Shown here in pieces: positions 60,656 through 64,000 of a stretch of DNA of 64,000 nucleotides; position 1 is the first letter of the stretch, and each line of letters starts with the position of its first letter. A model generated the notes under the pieces. The model was not told the origin of the DNA and did not search any database. It was given only the letters and a program-made list of their open reading frames with translations. This DNA comes from an uncultured Alphaproteobacteria bacterium (GTDB taxonomy: Bacteria; Pseudomonadota; Alphaproteobacteria; CADEGL01). The position numbers were made by a program, and so were the translations under genes. The DNA is taken from positions 2,091 to 66,090 of the forward strand of contig CADEGL010000006.1 in assembly GCA_902826885.1 (NCBI GenBank). The letters are read 5' to 3'.

Positions 60656-62764
60656 ATGCGCGTGCGCCGTCTCTTCTTATTACTTCTTCTGGCGCCGATC
60701 TTTGCCGTGCTCGCATCCGCTGGCGCGTCGGCCAACCCCGTTCAGCGCGACCATGTGCGCGTCACGCTCATTTCCGAGGTCGAATCCGTACGGCCGGGCG
60801 ACACGTTCTGGGTCGCGTTGCGCCAAGAGATCAAGCCGGATTGGCACACCTATTGGATCAATCCCGGTGATTCGGGCATTCCCACGGCCATCGCCTGGAC
60901 GCTGCCGCCGGGCGCCGAAGCAGGCCCGATTGTCTGGCCCGCGCCGATTCGGTTTCCGCTCGGCCACTTGGTCAACTTCGGTTATGCCGGTGAAGCGTGG
61001 CTGCTGACGGAGATCACGGTGCCGGTGACCGCGGCGCCGGGCGCCAGCTTCGACGTGACGGCCCAAGCCAATTGGCTTGCGTGCGCGCAGATCTGCGTGC
61101 CGGAAGAGGCGTCACTCACGATTAACGTTCCGCTCGCCACCGAGACTCGCGCCGATCCCGATGCCGCGGTGGGGTTTGCCACGGCGCGCGCCGCCTTGCC
61201 GCGGCCCGCGCCGTGGCCCGCGTCCTATGCCGCGACGAAAGACGGCTTCCGCCTCGCGTTGGCCATGCCGAAGGAAATGGCGGCCGCCGTGTCCGATTCC
61301 TTCGTCTTCCCCGAACAGCTCGATGTGATCGAAAACGGCGCCGCGCAGAAGAGGCGCGCGACGGCGGACGGGCTTGTCGTCGATCTACAGCGCGGCGTGC
61401 TGGGCCTGAAGCAAGGTGAGAAGCTGACCGGCGTCGTCGAGCTGACCGAAGGGAAGGGCGCCGGCGGCCAAGTTCATCATTTCGCCTTCGCGGCCGGTCC
61501 CGCGCCGGCTGGCGCATTGGTCGGCACGAGCGAGGGCGATGTCGGCGGGGGTTTGCCCGTCGCGCTTCTGCTGGCTTTCGCTGGCGGCCTTATCCTCAAT
61601 CTGATGCCGTGCGTGTTCCCGATCCTATCCATGAAGGCCGCAGGGCTGGTTCGTCTGGCGGACGGGGAACGCCGCGTGGCGCGCACGCATGGACTGATCT
61701 TCGGTGCCGGCGTCATCCTGTCCTTCGCCGTGTTGGCGGGCGTCTTGATCACGCTGCGCGCGGGCGGCGCGGCGGTCGGCTGGGGCTTCCAGCTTCAGAC
61801 GCCGTGGTTCGTCCTGTTCTTGTCCTACCTGATGTTCGCGCTCGGACTGAGCCTCTCCGGCTTCTTGCGGATTGGTGGCGGTTTCGCGGGCGCGGGCGGC
61901 GCGCTGGCTTCGAAACCCGGCAAGGCCGGTGCGTTTTTCACCGGCGTGCTGGCCGTGCTGGTGGCCACCCCATGCACGGCGCCGTTCATGGGCGCGGCGC
62001 TCGGTTTCGCGCTGGCGCAACCGGCGCTGCCCGCGCTCGCCGTATTCCTGGCGCTCGGCGCCGGTATGGCGGCGCCGTATGTCTTGCTCAGTCTCTCGCC
62101 CGCGCTGCTGCGCCGCCTGCCGAAGCCGGGGCCTTGGATGGAGCGTTTCCGGCAGCTTCTCGCTTTCCCGATGTACGCGACCGCCGCGTGGCTCGTCTGG
62201 GTGTTGGCCCAGCAAAGCCCGGTGAGCGGTATCGCGCTGGCGCTCGGGGGTTTCATCCTGATCGGCTTCGCGGTCTGGCTGGTGCGCCAGATGGATGGCA
62301 GCCGTCAGGCATGGCGCACGGTATATGCCGCGCTGGCCGCCGTGGCATTCGGCGGCGCGTTGTCGACATTGCATTTCGTGGAAGCATCGGCGGCGCCGGC
62401 GCCCGCCGGCCGCGCGGCGGCCGTGGCGGACGCCGAACCGTGGAGCGCGGTTCGGGTGGAAGCCCTGCGCGCCGAGGGACGGCCGGTTCTCGTGAACTTC
62501 ACGGCGGCGTGGTGCATCACCTGTCTTGTGAACGAAAAGGCGGCCTTGAGCACAACCGCCGTGAAAAATGCCCTGAAATCGAAGAACGTCGCCTATCTCA
62601 AGGGCGATTGGACGCGCCAAGATCCGGCGATCACGGCGGCCTTGGCGGCGTTCGGACGCAGCGGTGTTCCCCTTTACGTGCTTTATCCTCCGGGCGGCGA
62701 GCCGATCGTCTTGCCGCAAATCTTGACCGAAGGTGGCGTGCTCGAAGAGCTGAACCGGATCTGA
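60656..62764 (+). CDS. DsbD-superfamily membrane thiol:disulfide reductase, ScsB-like
   Basis: Trimmed to MRVRRLFLLLLLAPIFAV. The N-terminal periplasmic domain has WLACAQICVPE. The TM core has the redox Cys LMPCVFP and TPCTAPF. The C-terminal thioredoxin domain has FTAAWCITCLVNE. Confidence 0.88.
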   Translation: MRVRRLFLLLLLAPIFAVLASAGASANPVQRDHVRVTLISEVESVRPGDTFWVALRQEIKPDWHTYWINPGDSGIPTAIAWTLPPGAEAGPIVWPAPIRFPLGHLVNFGYAGEAWLLTEITVPVTAAPGASFDVTAQANWLACAQICVPEEASLTINVPLATETRADPDAAVGFATARAALPRPAPWPASYAATKDGFRLALAMPKEMAAAVSDSFVFPEQLDVIENGAAQKRRATADGLVVDLQRGVLGLKQGEKLTGVVELTEGKGAGGQVHHFAFAAGPAPAGALVGTSEGDVGGGLPVALLLAFAGGLILNLMPCVFPILSMKAAGLVRLADGERRVARTHGLIFGAGVILSFAVLAGVLITLRAGGAAVGWGFQLQTPWFVLFLSYLMFALGLSLSGFLRIGGGFAGAGGALASKPGKAGAFFTGVLAVLVATPCTAPFMGAALGFALAQPALPALAVFLALGAGMAAPYVLLSLSPALLRRLPKPGPWMERFRQLLAFPMYATAAWLVWVLAQQSPVSGIALALGGFILIGFAVWLVRQMDGSRQAWRTVYAALAAVAFGGALSTLHFVEASAAPAPAGRAAAVADAEPWSAVRVEALRAEGRPVLVNFTAAWCITCLVNEKAALSTTAVKNALKSKNVAYLKGDWTRQDPAITAALAAFGRSGVPLYVLYPPGGEPIVLPQILTEGGVLEELNRI

Positions 62765-62787
62765 TGTCGGTGAGAGGGAGATCGACG

Positions 62788-63414
62788 ATGAATGCGCAAA
62801 ATCTTTTCAAGGCCGGCCTGACGGCGGGTGCCATGTTCCTCGTCCTTGGCTTAACCCAGGCTGGCGCGGCACCGGCGATCGGGCAACCGGCGCCCGGCTT
62901 CACGGCGACCGACAGCAACGGGAAGACCGTGAAGCTGTCCGATTACAGGGGCAAGGTTGTCGTCCTGGAGTGGACGAACAACGAATGCCCTTATGTGAAA
63001 AAGCATTACGGCAGCAGCAACATGCAGACACTGCAAAAGGACGCCACGGGCCAAGGCGTGGTTTGGCTGACCGTCATCTCTTCCGCCAAGGGCGAGCAGG
63101 GGTATGTCGAGCCTGCCGCCGCGAACCAGCTTACCGCCAGCCGTTCGGCTTCGCCGTCCGCGGTGTTGCTCGACCCGTCGGGCAAGATTGGCCAGGAATA
63201 CGGCGCGAAGACGACGCCGCATATGTACATCGTCGACCCGGCGGGCAAGCTCGTCTACATGGGCGGCATCGACGATAAGCCGACCAACAATCCGGCCGAC
63301 ATTCCGAACTCAAAGAACTATGTGCGTGCCGCCTTGGACGAGGTGATGGCGGGCAAGCCGGTGAGCGAGCCGGTAACGCGCGCGTATGGCTGCACGATCA
63401 AATACCAGTCGTAA
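62788..63414 (+). CDS. exported thioredoxin-fold protein, PRX-like1 / AhpC-TSA type
   Basis: ATG after GAGAGGGAG, with a signal peptide. LEWTNNECPYVKKHY plus a C-terminal YGCTIKY, as I recall for the PRX_like1 group. Confidence 0.8.
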   Translation: MNAQNLFKAGLTAGAMFLVLGLTQAGAAPAIGQPAPGFTATDSNGKTVKLSDYRGKVVVLEWTNNECPYVKKHYGSSNMQTLQKDATGQGVVWLTVISSAKGEQGYVEPAAANQLTASRSASPSAVLLDPSGKIGQEYGAKTTPHMYIVDPAGKLVYMGGIDDKPTNNPADIPNSKNYVRAALDEVMAGKPVSEPVTRAYGCTIKYQS

Positions 63415-63435
63415 TCCGAAGAGGCTTTCGGCACA

Positions 63436-63469
63436 GCCGGCCGGGCTCATGTTCGGCCGGTTTTTCTTT
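63436..63469 (+). terminator. rho-independent terminator
   Basis: Stem GCCGGCCG / CGGCCGG(T), 10-nt loop, then TTTTTCTTT. Confidence 0.55.
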
Positions 63470-63525
63470 GCGACGAAAGTTGTGTAGTATCCCAATAATA
63501 CCCCAACTGCCGAATAGGAACGCCA

Positions 63526-64000
63526 GTGCCGGGCTGGTCACGTCCTCTCTTGGCGTTGCTTGGAGCGATCGCCGCGTTTGCGGCTTTCGCGGCATCGCCG
63601 CGTGCGCATTTCGACCAGCCCATACCGTCAGTCCCCAAGTCCGAGACGCGTGCCTTCTTCGATCTCAATCTGATTGGTGGCGTGAAGCTGGTCATCACCA
63701 CGATCGATGCGATGGAAAAATGGGAGCGCGTCCGCCAAGACCTGCTGACCGATGCGACCGCGGCGAACGAAAAAGCAGGCGCTTGGACGGAATGGGCGCA
63801 GAACCTGAGCGCGCTGTCGCCCAAGGAACGTTTGATGGCGATCAATGTCCGGGTGAACCAGCGCCTGACCTACAAGATCGACCAGCTACAGTGGAACACG
63901 GGCGACTATTGGCAAACGCCCGGAGAAAGCATCACGCTCGGCACCGGGGACTGCGAAGATTATGCGATCTTGAAAGCCTACCTCGCGCTCAAGGCCGGCT
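63526..64000 (+). CDS. bacterial transglutaminase-like cysteine peptidase (BTLCP/LapG-like), 5' partial, runs off window
   Basis: GTG 63526 lies 5 nt after AGGAA, and the frame stays open to the window end. Has a signal peptide (RPLLALLGAIAAFAAFAASP), NQRLTYKIDQLQWNTGDYWQTP, and the catalytic-Cys motif GTGDCEDYAILK. Confidence 0.75.
   Translation, partial: MPGWSRPLLALLGAIAAFAAFAASPRAHFDQPIPSVPKSETRAFFDLNLIGGVKLVITTIDAMEKWERVRQDLLTDATAANEKAGAWTEWAQNLSALSPKERLMAINVRVNQRLTYKIDQLQWNTGDYWQTPGESITLGTGDCEDYAILKAYLALKAG

Noticed and set aside
1-64000. Search by eye for tRNA/rRNA genes, CRISPR arrays, transposases, integrases, phage genes, toxin-antitoxin pairs and known defence genes.
   Set aside because: I saw no T-loop-like GGTTCGA motifs in a plausible context, no regularly spaced direct repeats, and no matching protein motifs in the ORF track. 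An automated scan (tRNAscan-SE, Infernal, CRISPR finders, defence-system HMMs) is still needed to be sure.

Overview
High-GC (by eye about two-thirds G+C) chromosomal segment whose gene content looks alphaproteobacterial. I call about 70 protein-coding genes. By eye I found no rRNA, tRNA, CRISPR array, transposase, integrase or phage genes. Many long ORFs in the track are antisense or out-of-frame shadows typical of high-GC DNA, and I rejected or trimmed them.

Gene blocks in order:
- 1-9.4 kb: housekeeping and miscellaneous genes (amidohydrolase, infA, desaturase, acyl-CoA synthetase, cupin, Sel1-repeat protein).
- 9.5-14.4 kb: a MerR-controlled Zn/Cd/Pb-type P1B-ATPase operon, unusually extended by a zinc-ribbon protein, an M23 peptidase and a DsbB/DsbA pair.
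- 15-21.4 kb: GIY-YIG protein, SDR, then a ligase-associated DNA-repair pair split by a YihY membrane protein, then a lipid kinase.
- 21.6-25.6 kb: LysR regulator plus tandem TauD-family dioxygenases, a compound hairpin repeat, and a fatty-acid hydroxylase.
- 25.8-30.5 kb: PepSY-TM / DUF2271 / DUF4198 / ApbE / membrane-anchored flavodoxin-reductase module. The DUF2271 protein carries a textbook ApbE flavinylation motif.
- 30.7-50.9 kb: an amine or N-methyl catabolic island. It holds a PotD-like binding protein, two IclR regulators, two TMADH/DgcA-like flavoproteins, two ABC permeases but no ATPase, a CoA ligase, a HisD-like dehydrogenase, an HglS-like protein and a DMGDH-like enzyme. A five-gene operon of exported proteins of unknown function (39.1-42.0 kb) interrupts it.
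- 50.9-57.7 kb: a copper-trafficking supercluster.
- 57.7-64 kb: GlcG, a ClC channel, two periplasmic EF-hand proteins, ScsB/DsbD-like reductase, a PRX-like thioredoxin and a partial BTLCP peptidase.

My best candidate for something undescribed is the copper supercluster. It is built from two modules, and each pairs a DUF2946 CxxC protein and a periplasmic Cu chaperone with a leaderless ferritin-like diiron-motif protein I cannot assign to a characterised family. A PCuAC paralog next to it has lost all canonical Cu(I) ligands. The exported-protein operon is the second candidate.

All family assignments come from motif recognition and memory. No searches were run, and start codons are inferred.
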